Source: Atractiella rhizophila
Taxonomy: Eukaryota
DNA length: 64,000 nucleotides
Assembly: GCA_021432655.1 (NCBI GenBank)
Contig: MU271237.1
Location: 15,132-79,131, forward strand
Direction of reading: 5' to 3'
Below are positions 26,869 through 41,600 of this stretch, piece after piece. How positions within the stretch are numbered: position 1 is the stretch's first letter; the number at the start of each line of letters is the position of its first letter. The translations under genes were made by a program, and so were the position numbers. Under the pieces are notes generated by a model. It was given only the letters and a program-made list of their open reading frames with translations. It searched no databases and was not told the DNA's origin.

Positions 26869-27754
26869 TTCGCGGAGGCGCTGAGGTATTATGGGGAGGA
26901 GGACAAGAGTTTGACGACCACCGAGTTCTTTGGGACTTTCAAGGAGTTCGTCACTTCTTACAAGGTGCGTGCTCCACTATTACGTTTGTACTCATTGATG
27001 AGAGCGTTGATTGGTGGATGAATGTGTAGAATGCAAAGGCGGTGAATCAAGCAGCGGAGGAACAACGTGCCAACGTCGAACGCCTGAAGAACGTCAGTCT
27101 TGTCCTCACATTCTTCTTGCACTGATCCACAACCGCTGACGTATCTGATATACCAGGCCGCAAAAGAACGGGAAGCCATGAAGAAGTCGGCAACAATCGA
27201 GGAGTCCTCGACAGTCATGGACGACGTCCTCGCCAAGATCAGGGATGGGAACGTGGGCGGTGGAAGGAAGGGACGAGCGGCGGCACGGGTGAGGGATCGA
27301 GAGAGGGACGCGAAGCGGACTATCAACGTTGCACTCGCGAATGCAGAGGACGGGGAGGAAGGGTCGTTTGGAAAGGACTTGCAGAGTCAGGTGCTTGGGG
27401 TGTTGAGTCAGTTGAGGGAAGATGGGGTACGTCATACTCCTTCGTTAGAATGTAGCTGATCTTGGCCGTGTATGTGACAGTTCGAGACGAAGACTCCGCC
27501 TGCAACTCCTCTACCCGTCAGGAGGAGCCGGAGAACGAGGAGCGTGAATGTGACGAATGGAGAGGACGAGCTCCCAATGCCTCACACCCCCGGGGCAAAT
27601 GGAGGAAGCGGGAGTGGAGAAGGGACGCCGAGCATTGCGGAGGAGAGGGAGCTGTTGTCTCCCCCCGCAGAGGAGGGAGAGGGAGATCGGGAAGGGGAAG
27701 GGGAAGATCGGGATTCTTCAGAGAAGAGAGAGGAGAAGGATTAGTATTGTACTT
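26869..27754 (+). repeat. 886-bp copy of the formin 3' end (34259-35144), introns included
   Basis: Same sequence and same ORFs as 34259-35144. Confidence 0.95.
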
Positions 27755-28668
27755 ACAAAGGAGGCAGGAATCGAGAAGACGCAAACCGTAAGAAGGTACG
27801 ACTTGCCTCGAACTCTGAATCATGACTTTGATACTTTCGGCATCCTTGGCAGGATGTGTTTTAAGGTGTCGATGCACTTGCCGATGTCCAAATTGCAAGA
27901 TGAACGTAGGGCTCGCTTAACCGACTTCACGGATAAATCGTGCGGTCTCAGAGTAATATCATGACAGCGTATCTCGTCACATTACCGATTGGATATATTT
28001 TCCAAATGTCTGCTTTCAGCCACTGATGCAGCTCTCGGAACTGAGACGTTCAAGGCAAAAATTCGGATATCAGAAGGAGAAGATGGCATGATATGTCTGC
28101 TCCTAAAAGACAAAGGATTCTTGTGAAGTCTAGCTGGAATCTGATCGCGCAAACATTCTTCGATTTAGAGGAAGAAGCCATGAAGCTTCCACACCAAAAT
28201 TCGCTCCTCCACTGCATTATTGCCCACCGCGGGTTCCCGGACAGCCAATCATACTCACTTTTCAAGAGGTTTCGTGCATCATCCTCCGTCTTATAGCTTT
28301 GTACACAAGGCGCTCCTTTAATATCACTCCTTCACTGCTTAAGCTCCATTGGCGCTTGGGTGAAGAACCCAAACCCTAACAAGATTGCAAGACGCACCAC
28401 TTCATAAACTGGCTTCTGCATCGCATCAACCGTCTCCTCCTCGCTGTTCTCCCTCAACCAGCTCCATACCCACACGCAGATTACAACACTCTGGAATAGG
28501 CAGCAGAATTATTGGCTGGCGTATATATCTACGTTATTGCGCTATTCGGCGATTACTGGCGGTGCCATACACAAGTGAGATCGTTTGCATTAGAGCCGCT
28601 GGTCTTTCCTCCACTTTGTCCATTGGCAACGGGAGTCGTTGTGAGGGAAAGGGAAAAGGAAAAGTAAG

Positions 28669-31600
28669 ATGGACAACATCTTCCGCAAGCCGAAGGCTCG
28701 TTCACGAGCTCTGTCTCGTCCCGGTTCCCCTCCTTCCCCCACCGCCTCCGTCAGCACCTCCTACACATCCACCTCCATGGGTCCATCCACGGCCGCTTAC
28801 CCCTCTTATCCGCTCACGGAGATGCAAAACCTCTTTCCGAAGGCACCGCCAGCTTCGGAGTCTGGGAGTGCGAGTGGGAAGAGAAGGAAGGAGCCCGCTG
28901 GAATGATGGCTCACCCGGGACATGCGAGCATCACTCCTCCCGTTAATTTACTGGTCGATTTATTACCTCCTGAAGACGATGTCGATGTGAGGAGAGAGAG
29001 CGTGTATGCGGGAATCGAAAAGGATGATGGGAGGGAGAGGGAGAGGGATTACGGTTCTCGATCGAGCAGGAGTGGAAGTGGTAGTACAAGTGCGATGGGT
29101 CACAGGAGGGACGAGAGCACGTCAGCATCGGTCGGACGCGCCTCAAAGGTATCGTCCTCCTCGACGACCAGGGAAGAAAGGAGGAAAGATGGATCTCTCT
29201 CATCAACCTATTCCGTTTCACAATCCTCTGTTGCCTCTGGCGTTTCTAGAACCACAACCCAAACCTCCGTATCCTCCTCCCGTTCACGCAACACCCCATC
29301 CGTCTATTCAGTCGCCTCCACCCGACCTCCTCTGCCAAACTCTCCTTCCGGAGCATTCAACTTTCCCCGTCCGCCTCCCAACCAACTCGACGCCATGTTC
29401 AATGACCTCATCGCGAAGAGGTTCTCCGACCTGCCACCTAAGAAAGTGAACGAAATGTATTCTTTCGGAGAGGATAAGAAATGGACAATGGTCTATAATG
29501 ATCGGTTGATGGAATATAATGCGGAGAGAGGAGCGACTGGCGCTACCGGAGATAGAGATGGTGGGATGGGGTATCGTGGCAGCTCTCACGTCGTCGTGGA
29601 GGATGGTCATACCGTGCTTCATCGTGCGAAAGATGCGGTGAGAGAGAGCAAGGTGCCAAGTGGATTGAAGGCGGTCTTGGGAGGAGGGAGCTCGAAAGAT
29701 GACAAGGGAAAATTGGAGACCCCAGAGTGGTACCTTGCCAAATTCGTGGACGGAAGCGTCACTGCGAAACTGGTGGAAAGTCTGAGCGTTTCATTACGGA
29801 CGTATCCCATCGAGTGCGTCCCTTCTTTATTTTACTGCGGATGGATGTAGACGCTGAGGGGACGGTAGATGGATGCTGTCATTCATCGAGCTCAAGGGTC
29901 AATCCGTTCTCGCTTCCGTCCTCGCGAACCTCAATAAGCAGTCGCCATATGCGAAGAAGGAGCGAGATCTTGCACTCGAGTACGAGATTGTGAAATGTCT
30001 CAAGATCTTACTAAACAACAAGGTCCGCCTTCTCCCTCTTCGCAATATACAGAGTTGACACCTCCGCATTATGATAGCACGGAGCAAACGACGCCTTGTC
30101 TCACGGAGCCATAGTCAACGCCTTACTATCCTCCCTCATTTCTCCCAACCTGTCCACTCGCCGAAGTGCAGCCGAAATCCTTGCATTCTTGTGTCAATGG
30201 GACATACCAGCCGGTCACTCACTGGTCCTGAAAGCCTTCGATGTCCTCAAACAAAGCAGAAACGAGCATGCCAGGTTCGATGCTTGGCTTAGTACTCTCG
30301 AAATCGCCATCGATGGAAGGGGGAAGATGGGGAGTCTAGTGGGAGCGAGCGAGGAGGTGAGGAGTCTGAGAGGGAAGAAAGACCTTAATAAACTGTTGGG
30401 CCCCGGGAGCGATGCTGGGTATGTAGATGGAACCTTGAACGAATATGCTGTAGGCCATTTTTCTCGACAGATGGACAAAGCGCTGATGCTAATGGGCCAT
30501 ACAGATTGCGAACTTATACCTACTCAATTCCCTCGTCCTTACCCCTGAAGACGTAGAAGTGCGCGTCCACCTCCGTTCCCAACTCGACGCTTCTGGTCTC
30601 CGCCGCATCCTTCAGAAGTTGAAGAAGTTTAATCACTCGCAAATCGACGCTCAGATCGCAACTTACGAGGAACGTGCGGAGATTGATTATCAGGAGACGA
30701 TTGAGGCTTTCGATCAGGAGATTTTGAAAGACAATCAGAATCCGTACGACATTTTCGATGCCTTAATCAAGAATCTCGAAGGGTCAAGAGCATTCGATTT
30801 CTTCCTTTCTGCTTTACAACACATGTTGCTCATTAAGGAAGAAGGAGAAATGAAGATCCGCTTCTATCAGCTCATCGACTATCTCATCACTGCTGTCGTC
30901 CTCGACCGCAAAGGTCTGGATGGCGATTTCTCGTCTCTTCTTGGCGTATCAGTGGCCAGCGTGGTATCACGGTTCAGTGACCAGGAGCGGTTGGAGGAGG
31001 CTCAGAAGGAGACTGCTATTCTAAAGGGTCAGGTAGTGCGCTTGAAGAACGAGAAGGAGTCACTAGAGGAGGAGATCTCTCAGAAGGATGAAGGCTTGGT
31101 TGGCTCTCTGAAGGAAAAGGTAGCAGAGACGGAGGAGAGCTTAAAGATATCAAGAAGTACAACGGAGGCACTGGAGAGTAAGGTGAAAGAGATGGAGCAG
31201 GCGCATGCGGAGAAGAACGCTCAGCAGGAGCTTCAGATTAGGGAAATGTTCAACATGCTCAAGGAGTCGAGGGGTTTAGAGTCGATCAAAGATGAGCGCG
31301 GTGTGCTGGACAGGAGGGAGCTCATGAATCTCATGGAGAAGAAAATGCAGCGGACGAAGACCATCCTCCGTCTAGAAGGGAAGGAGGAAGGCGACGAAGA
31401 CTCACCTAACCTTCCTTCTGTCAGTGCGGATGTGAAGAAGCAAATCGAGGAATCCCTGCAGAGTGGATATACGACTCTCGCCACTCCTACGCGTCCAAAG
31501 AGCGGTCGTCCTCTACCTGACGACAAGACCCCAGTTGCTGTCGAGCGACGAGATCCTATGGAGAACATCGGGATGGGACGGCCACCCCAATTCCCTCCTT

Positions 31601-34600
31601 CATTCTTAGGCGAAATCAAGACGCGCTTTGCATCTGGTCAACAACAGGTGGACGGGGAGGAACCGACACCGTATTTCTCGACTGCTCTACAACCCGTGAG
31701 CGTCGAGGACAGGATGAACCTTGCTCGAGCTCATCAAGCTGCTGTTGGCGATATCGGGGCCGATTATTCAACAGGCCTTCAAGTTGTTGTACCTGGTGGT
31801 CAAATGGTTGCTGTGCGGAGTACGCAGGAACAAGTCGTCGTCTCACCTTCAGGAGAGAAGATAGTCATCCCGCCTGGCCAGCACGTTGTTGTTTCTTCTA
31901 TCGGAGAACAGGTCGTCACTCCGACGAAGGATCGGTTTATTCTCCCTCCTCCCTCTCCTTCTACTGCCTCACCGGTCGAGCCAGCGCTGCCGTCAGGTGC
32001 CGCGAAGCTCGCTCCAACGTCAACAACCCGACGACTACCGTCTGGGCCGCGGCAGCTCTCCACAGGGCCTGCTGGCAGTTCTCCCACTTCAACTGTTGCG
32101 CCTCCTGCAGTTGCTATTAATGGAGTGTCAAAGTCAGAAGCCAAGGAACGACAATCGCTCATTCTCAGTGGACCCAATGGCGCAAAAATTATCATTCCTG
32201 CGCCAGAGTCTACATCTGCTCCCACATCAGCGGATGGTAGTGCCACTGCTCCATTGGACGCTGTGGCTATCTTTGCTGCTGCTCACGGACAGAAAATTGT
32301 CAACGGGGCGCTTGTACCAGCAGAACTCCCCACCCCTGAGAGCTCGAAGGCTGATGGTATTTTTTTCCCGTCGTGTTTACACTTGGCTGACAAGGAGAAT
32401 AGGTGTGCCATCGCTCGTTCTTCAAACGGCTGAAGCTCCGCAAACTGCAACAGCTGTCGCTGTCCCCGACACCCCGATGACACCTGCAAGTGCCGCCCCA
32501 CCACCACCACCCCCTCCTCCACCACCTCCTCCACCGCCGCCGCCACCGCCCATGGCACCCGTTGCTCCTCCTATGGTCGCCCCCGTCCGCAAAGGCACAC
32601 TCAAAACGGCAGGACGTCTGCCCGCGCCGATACCCGCAACATCAGAAAACGATCCATCGCGCCACCTCCTCCTCCCCCTCCTCCTCCGCCAGGTGCACCG
32701 GTCCGTCAAGGGACGCTCCCACCACCACCTCCTCCGCCTGCTCCTCCGCCGCCGCCGAAATTGGGTTTGAAAACGGAAATCCCCCCCGCTCCCGTTGCGC
32801 CGAGCCCTGGAATCCTCAGTATGCCTTCTTCACCTGCTTTCGCTTTCTCTCCACTCAATCCGCAACCATTCGCAGGGCCCTTTCTCAATGGGCTCGCTAA
32901 TCTCAATTCCAGGAAAGACGTGGCGGTGGCATCGACTAAGAAAACGAAACAGTTGCAGTGGGATAAGATTAATGGTCAAAAGATCTATAAGACTGTGTGG
33001 GGGAAGAATGTCGTCAATGAAGTTGAGTGGGCGAAGCTGTTGAAGAACGGTGGTGTTTTTGATGAGATGGAAGAGGATTTCAAAATGAAGGAGACGGTTG
33101 TGGACCTTAGCCAGAAGCGGAAGAGGGAGGCACAGTTGATCACTGTTCTCGATCACAACGCGCGTCAGAATATTGGTGCGTCCGGGCTGTGCCATTTCTA
33201 AAGCGGGTGAAACTGATATACGAGCAGAAATCATCCTCAAGCTCAAGGGAACATCAGAGGACGAGGTGAACGGAAAGATCCACCTCATTTCCGAACGCAT
33301 CCTTGCTTACGACGAATCGAATCTATCGGAAGGTTTCCTGAACCAGCTGAAAGAGCTTTTACCAACAGCTGACATTGTTCGTCCCCTTCCCTGCGCCGCC
33401 TATAAGATCCTAACTGCAGGTAATAGACTGGCAAACTAAACGTCTACCGAAATGCCTCCCTCGACACACTCTCTACACTCGCCATCGCTGATCGTTTCCT
33501 GGTAGAGCTGATAAAGATCAACCGAGTTGGACCTCGGATAGAGGGGATGTTGTTCAGGGCCAAGTTTGGAGATATGTTTGGACACATCAATAAGGACGCT
33601 ACAAAGGTATTAGAGGCATCTGAAGATCTGCTACATGCTTCGAAGTTTCAGAATATTCTGCAGGTCCGTCCTTAGTTCTTCTGTTCTCTGTTCAGAGCGG
33701 AAGCTGAGATGACTTTATGTGACAGCTGATCCTTATGTTTGGTAACTTCCTTAACTCGACAGGTATCAGAGGAGGTGCGTATGGTTTTAAGATCAGCAGC
33801 ATCAACAAGGTGCGTCCTCCTCTCCTCCGGGCTTACCCTCATATATATCTTTGATTTGTCGTCGGTGAACAGCTGGTGGATACAAAGTCGACACAAGGCG
33901 GCACCCTGCTGGCCTTCCTGGAAAAACAAGTTTCTCGCTATTTCCCTGACTTAAATGGGTTCATGGACGAGCTTTCAAAGCCAGCTGAGGCGTATCGAGG
34001 TATGTGCCTCTCTCTTCTCGCATGACTTACTAAAGGTTGCTGTTGTGGTGAACAGTGAACCTACTCGAGATCCGGAAGGAGCTCGGAGATATGATTGAAG
34101 GCCTCACCCGTCTCTCGAAGGAGTTGCGAGATCATTACTCGGATCCTGACACCCTTCCTCCCGAAGATGGCTTCCCCAAAGTGATGTTTAAGTTTGTACG
34201 GGAAGCGAAAGACCGAGCCCAGCTGCTCAAAGATAAAGTCACGCTCGCGGAGACAGCGTTCGCGGAGGCGCTGAGGTATTATGGGGAGGAGGACAAGAGT
34301 TTGACGACCACCGAGTTCTTTGGGACTTTCAAGGAGTTCGTCACTTCTTACAAGGTGCGTGCTCCACTATTACGTTTGTACTCATTGATGAGAGCGTTGA
34401 TTGGTGGATGAATGTGTAGAATGCAAAGGCGGTGAATCAAGCAGCGGAGGAACAACGTGCCAACGTCGAACGCCTGAAGAACGTCAGTCTTGTCCTCACA
34501 TTCTTCTTGCACTGATCCACAACCGCTGACGTATCTGATATACCAGGCCGCAAAAGAACGGGAAGCCATGAAGAAGTCGGCAACAATCGAGGAGTCCTCG

Positions 34601-35134
34601 ACAGTCATGGACGACGTCCTCGCCAAGATCAGGGATGGGAACGTGGGCGGTGGAAGGAAGGGACGAGCGGCGGCACGGGTGAGGGATCGAGAGAGGGACG
34701 CGAAGCGGACTATCAACGTTGCACTCGCGAATGCAGAGGACGGGGAGGAAGGGTCGTTTGGAAAGGACTTGCAGAGTCAGGTGCTTGGGGTGTTGAGTCA
34801 GTTGAGGGAAGATGGGGTACGTCATACTCCTTCGTTAGAATGTAGCTGATCTTGGCCGTGTATGTGACAGTTCGAGACGAAGACTCCGCCTGCAACTCCT
34901 CTACCCGTCAGGAGGAGCCGGAGAACGAGGAGCGTGAATGTGACGAATGGAGAGGACGAGCTCCCAATGCCTCACACCCCCGGGGCAAATGGAGGAAGCG
35001 GGAGTGGAGAAGGGACGCCGAGCATTGCGGAGGAGAGGGAGCTGTTGTCTCCCCCCGCAGAGGAGGGAGAGGGAGATCGGGAAGGGGAAGGGGAAGATCG
35101 GGATTCTTCAGAGAAGAGAGAGGAGAAGGATTAG
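28669..35134 (+). CDS. Diaphanous-related formin (Bni1/SepA-like): GBD/FH3, coiled coil, FH1, FH2
   Basis: PEWYL, GRGKMGSLVGASEE, poly-Pro FH1, KQLQWDK, GNFLN...GAYGFKISSINKLVDTK. One apparent frameshift in FH1. Confidence 0.92.
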
Positions 35135-35857
35135 TATTGTACTTTTTATCATCAGATTCTGGTTTTTCACTTTGGAGTGGTTGGTTGATACCTCCTTTGT
35201 CCTTTGCGGCCTGCTTTCTTCCAAGCTCGTTACTCTCATCATGACTGCTTGCTTTAAGTTGATGTCTTTTTTGACGTGTATGCGAATAATACATCAGTCA
35301 TATCTCTTATTCTAGCATGTTGGACCTTCCCTCATCTGCAACCCATTGCGCCATTCGTAGCCTTAATAGGTCCTGCTCCATACGGTCAGAAAGGGGCAGG
35401 AATTGTAGTTTTAAGGTTGAGCGAACATTTAATATTATTGGAGCCTTTGGTGAGAGTACGCAAATGACCTTATTTCACTCTCTTCAATCAACCCTTGGTG
35501 TACACTCACGGTAGGTGTGATGCCTTGCTGGAAGATTTGAGAAGTTATAAAGGGCTCATAACTTGAATCATTCAAACAGCCAGGGGGTTTCCACGCAAGG
35601 CTTGGGGGCTGTGAGTCACCATCACGTCTTTCGCTCAAGCTGCCCCTTGTCTCTTCTTCTTTCTTCACAACATTCACAACCAACAACCCCTGCCAACCAC
35701 ATCCATCACAACTTCACATCATGGCAACTACCACCTCCCCCGAAGTTATACCGCTTAAGCTCCCCGTTGTACAAGACACCCCCACAAACCCAGCACCAGT
35801 TCCTCCCAGGGAAGTGTTGACACTCCACATACGGAGAACCCGGTTGCCTAGTTTGCG

Positions 35858-37913
35858 ATGAGCGATGACATGAAAGGTAAATATGTCACGGTTAGCGTGA
35901 ACGAGCTTCTGAACAGGCTACCATCACCGCCACAAAATAACGAAATGCCAGCAATCTTACAGGACGCGCCAGATATGTCTGGAATTGCAAACAAGCATTA
36001 CGCCCCTTTTGTGAGTGCTGTGATCTAATTGGAACTTTGTTCTCACGCTTGTATTATTAGATAAAGTACATGTCTCCGTTCATTCATCCAGATTGGGAGT
36101 TAGTCAACACGAGTGCAAAAGTGGACACTGATTTCCGCGAAGTGCTTGGAGTCACTGCCGTCAAACCAGACGTCACCCTCTATCGTTACCGTGGCGAGGA
36201 GAAGACTGTCATGAAGAAAGCTGAGATGTTCGGAGAGTTTGAGACGGAGTCAGAACCAGGGCCATTTCGCGATGAGAAATATGGAATGTTGACGGAACGC
36301 ATTGCGGACAAGGCCAGATTGACGCGCGATCAAATCACCATTTACAGCACCATCGTTCTTTCTTCCCAGGAAAGAACGAGATCGTATTCGTTCTTTGTTC
36401 AAGGACACACTGCTCGCCTTCTTTCGCACTCTCGTGGCGGTTTCGAAGTGACGCCGTCGTTCGATTATGTCAAGACATCACATCTCCGCGAGTTCTTTTG
36501 GCGCTACACGCACGCCTCCGATGATGAAGATAGAGGCCATGACACGACGATCAAGGACATCGACAAGAACGACAAAGGCGTAGAGGAGGCCAGGGTGAAG
36601 CTTAACCTCCAGGCAGGCAAGCCACTCCTCAAGGTCGAGGTACAAAACAAGGTCTTCTATATTTCGGACCCCTTTCTCTTTCGACACAACCAACCTGTTG
36701 GCCGAGGAACAAGATGTTTTGAGGCCTACGACCCCGTTGAAAAACGGCTCGTTCTTCTCAAGGATACCTGGCGACATGCAGAATACCCTCGGGAAGGCGA
36801 TATTTATGCGCAGTTGCACGAGAAAGGTGTCCCAAACATCCTCCGAGTTGTCGCGGAAGGTGACGTACTTGGAAAACTCCACCGCGCTAAGCGATTGAAG
36901 GACGGCAAAGCGGACGGAAAGGAGATGGCACATTATCGAATCGTTTTGGATAAAGTGGGACGGCCTCTCAGCGAGTTTACTTCTAGCTACGAGCTTGTAA
37001 AGGGCTATGCAGATGCCTTTGATGGTGAGCCCCCATCACTTTGCTTACAGTGGACCTGATGCTTACCATTTCGTCCAGCTCATTTTCGTGCCTGGGAGAA
37101 GCTCGGAATGCTGCATCGAGATATCTCTTCCGGGAACATCATTCTTGGTCCAATTGAAGAAGGACCGAAGGGATATTTAATTGATTGGGAGTTCGCAAAG
37201 AAGGCAGGCGACGACATGAGATCCCAAGAACGAACAGTGCGTGCTCAGTCTTCTGAGCTTCAAGGAAGCTAACAGCGGGACAGGGCACTTACGAGTTCAT
37301 GTCTACTGGACTTTTGAACGCAATTCTCTCCGATTCGAAGGTTAAACACAAGCCCGAAGACGATATCGAGTCCTTCGTTTACGTTCTCGCCTGGACGGTC
37401 ATATCTCATGCGCAAAGCCGCATGACCGACAAACAGCGCAAAATTTTTCTAGATAAATTTAGGAGAATGCCTCAGAACGACATTGAATCAACGATTATCG
37501 AGCGAACTGGCGTCATTACGCAGGGTGTGGTCCCGCTCCGGCTCACCACTGATCCGCTTCGACAACTAGTCAAGGTGCTCTTCCAAAAACTTTCATACCG
37601 TTTGGTCCCTCGCGACACGCTGGAAGATCAAGTTCGTGCCACTTTGGACGGGTTTGTGCCAACAGAGAACATGGAGGCGGCGGTTGAAAGCAGGATCAAG
37701 GAGTGGACTGCAGGCATGACTACTCACCGTCTCATGCAGGAGGTTTTGCAGAATGCCCTCAAAGACGTCGATGAGCAGGGAACCTGGCGAAATCTGAAGG
37801 ATGCGGCGGTTCCTCTGGAGGCTCAACCTCATGGTTCTAGCAAGAGGAGAGCAGAGGCAATGCACTCCGGGAGAAACAAGAGGGTGAAGAGCTCTCTTTC
37901 CGCTACCCATTGA
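35858..37913 (+). CDS. Fungal-specific FunK1-type protein kinase
   Basis: GRGTRCF, LKDTWR, EGDIY, HYRIVL...GRPL, LHRDISSGNII, LIDWEFAK, RTGTYEFMS, DDIESFVYVL. Start uncertain; an out-of-frame ATG lies at 35721. Confidence 0.88.
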
Positions 37914-38690
37914 TTTCATTGGACAATCACGCGGATGTGGAACGACTGTATTCAGTCCTTAGGCAATTTGTAAATGGGTATGGCTCCATCAACGCCTAAT
38001 GTGTCGGCATTAGAGGGAATTTAATGCGAGTAAATCAGGTTCATCCATTTTATGTTGGTCACTTTTGAATAGAAGTTAGTCGCAGTTCTGTATTGGTTCT
38101 GTTCCAAGGAATACATTCTGTAAACTGCGAAATATTTTCACACTGCTTCCGAGACTTGAGAGAACTCTAACGGATTCAAAATGGATCGGCCCACGCTCAA
38201 CATCCAGCTCCCCTTCAGGCTGAACAATTACAAAGGACCAAAACGATGATTCACAGCAGATCTCGAGCGACATTAAATTCCTTGGTATCCAGATATTGAA
38301 CGTGAACTTTATCAATGCAGGGTCATGTATTATTAATGCAGATTTCTAAAGGTAAGAAAAGCTGGAAATTGTCCACCATTAAGATTTGGTCGGAAGATAA
38401 GATGGAATGGAAATTTCAAATGAATCAAGAAGGAGTGACTATTGGAGAGAGTATTATATCGCACAAAATAGCTGATGGCCACTAGAATTGATAGATTGAG
38501 GGTTTACCAAGATCTATATATGATGTATTCGGCCATGTTTATTCATAAGCACAATATAGCTTTCGTAGTGCTGATGATGAAGACGGAAAAACACGAACAT
38601 TGTGCGCAAATTATGACTTAGTTCGGCTCCGAAGAAACCACAAAATCACCACTCCTGCTGGAACATTAACGCAAAAGAGTGCAACGGAGC

Positions 38691-41600
38691 ATGAAGCAGC
38701 CATATCCAGTGACATCCTTCCACTCCTATCTCACCACCCAATCCGCGTACCTGTGTACTCTCCCTCCTACCGCTGGACCCTCATCGCTCACACTAGACCA
38801 CCTCCGTACCTTCTACTGCCTCACCTCGCCAGCCTCCAACGACAGGAGCGAGACTGCAAATCAGAATGAAGATGAGGACGAGGACATGGACCTCATGATC
38901 CTCGACGAGCCAGCGCGGAGAGGGTGCGTGTATCGGTGGAGTGCAGAGGAGATGGAACGAGAGAAGGAGCGGGAGGATAAGAAGAAGAAGAAGGGAAAGG
39001 GAAAGGAGAAGGCAAACCAGTGTCCTGGAGTCAGCTTGAACAGCGGCAGGTGTGAAGACGATCCGAGGTGCCTAAATTGGTTGGGACAGGAGGAGTGGGA
39101 AGCCACTGGTTCGTTCTCAACTTCGCTATTGTCTTGATTATTATCTGATCTTGATGTTCTCCATATAATTCGCGAATATCTGACTTGTAATCTAACGCTA
39201 ATGCTGACAACGCCCCTTGACGTAGATGCATTCAGGAAGTTCTGTAAAGCTTCAGGTGTCAGAATCACCCCTCGACCATTGCGAGATCCCTCACTTCCCA
39301 CCGGACTCAAAGTGCGTTCTGTTCTCTCTTCTTTCCTCTGCTAACCGCATTCTACTCTAGAATCTCGGTGCAACGTGCTATGCCAACTCATTACTACAAG
39401 TGCGATGCCTTTTTTATTTCAGAGCAGACACTAACTTGGGATACAAAATTCAGACCTGGTTCCATGATCTCACCTTCCGGCGAGCAGTCTACACCTGTTC
39501 TCCCACCCCCACCTCCCCTCTCGCACGCCTCCAAGAGTTGTTCGGTTCCCTTCAACTGTCCGTACAGCCAGCCGTCGGACCGGAAGAGTTTGTGAAAGGC
39601 TTGAAGTTGGATACGAAGGAGCAGCAAGACGCACAGGAGTTCGCAAAACTGTTTATGGGCTTGTTGGAGCGGGAATTTGGGAAGGTGGAGGGTGGAGGGG
39701 AGGACGTTATTAAGCGCCAGGTCCGTCTTCCTTTCTCTTTTTCTACATCCCCTCCTGCATCCAACCTGATCCTGCGATCAGTTCGAAGGAGAGATGACAT
39801 ACGGCACCCGCTGTTTGCGTTGCAATCACGCCTCCGAACGTTCGTCCTCCTTCCTCGAACTCTCTATCAACCTCCTCCCACGTCGCTGCCAACTCACCAC
39901 CCAACTCTCCGCACTGCTATCTCCCGAGCTACTCCAAGGAGAAAACCAGTACGAGTGCCAAACGTGTGGCCTCGTTGACGCCACTCGTTACACTAAATTG
40001 AAGCGTTTGCCCCCTGTGTTACACTTCTCACTCATGAGATTCATGTTTGACGTCGAAAGCGAACAGAGGAAGAAGAGGGCAGCCCTTTCTCAATGGGCTC
40101 GCTAATCTCAATTCCAGGAAAGACGTGGCGGTGGCATCGACTAAGAAAACGAAACAGTTGCAGTGGGATAAGATTAATGGTCAAAAAATCTATAAGACTG
40201 TGTGGGGGAAGAATGTCGTCAATGAAGTTGAGTGGGCGAAGCTGTTGAAGAACGGTGGTGTTTTTGATGAGATGGAAGAGGATTTCAAAATGAAGGAGAC
40301 GGTTGTGGACCTTAGCCAGAAGCGGAAGAGGGAGGCACAGTTGATCACTGTTCTCGATCACAACGCGCGTCAGAATATTGGTGCGTCCGGGCTGTGCCAT
40401 TTCTAAAGCGGGTGAAACTGATATACGAGCAGAAATCATCCTCAAGCTCAAGGGAACATCAGAGGACGAGGTGAACGGAAAGATCCACCTCATTTCCGAA
40501 CGCATCCTTGCTTACGACGAATCCAATCTATCGGAAGGTTTCCTGAACCAGCTGAAAGAGCTTTTACCAACAGCTGACATTGTTCGTCCCCTTCCCTGCG
40601 CCGCCTATAAGATCCTAACTGCAGGTAATAGACTGGCAAACTAAACGTCTACCGAAATGCCTCCCTCGACACACTCTCTACACTCGCCATCGCTGATCGT
40701 TTCCTGGTAGAGCTGATAAAGATCAACCGAGTTGGACCTCGGATAGAGGGGATGTTGTTCAGGGCCAAGTTTGGAGATATGTTTGGACACATCAATAAGG
40801 ACGCTACAAAGGTATTAGAGGCATCTGAAGATCTGCTACATGCTTCGAAGTTTCAGAATATTCTGCAGGTCCGTCACAGACCACATATATGCCTGTGCAC
40901 ATAAACCTCAAACGGAGCGATTTCTGAGCCAACCGGGCACTGAAGGAGTGATCTATATCTCCAAAACCTGGTTAAATGGTGAGACAATGTCCAACGCAGA
41001 AGAAGTGGAATAATCAGCTCGATCACAGATTGGAAAAAGGCCATTCCTTCCATCGTTCACGTCCCTGGAACCCTTAAAGACCTGTCACCTCAGAATGCTG
41101 AATTCATAGGGGATGTGAGATGTGAGCATGGGCGACTGGTGCCTACGAACAAGACGAGGAGTACCGTCAGCCTGAAGGTACGCCACTCGTGCATAGCCAA
41201 CTAGAGCGTAAATGACGTACGTCTCTCCAGGCGGCAACTTATCTTAAATCACTCTTTCCTGATTGGGAGTTCATGTCAAAGGAAGATTATCAGCAACCTT
41301 GCGCTATGTGCACGGAGGTGGAAGAAGCGGAAAAGCAGGATGTGAAGAAGCTCAAGGAAGCAGCTCTGAAGGAGAAGGTACCTCACTCTCCTCCGTCCAT
41401 ACCCAGCTAACGGTTGACTAACGGCGGTGTGCAGCAGATGATGGCTCAGCTCACGAAGATCGACGATACTGATAACCTCTATTCGAGCATCGACTATTAC
41501 CTTCTTCCTCCAGTCTTCGTGCAGACCTGGAAGGAGTGGGTACAGCGACCAGCGTCCAGGAAACGACCAGAGGGAATCGATCTTCATGATGTCCTATGCG

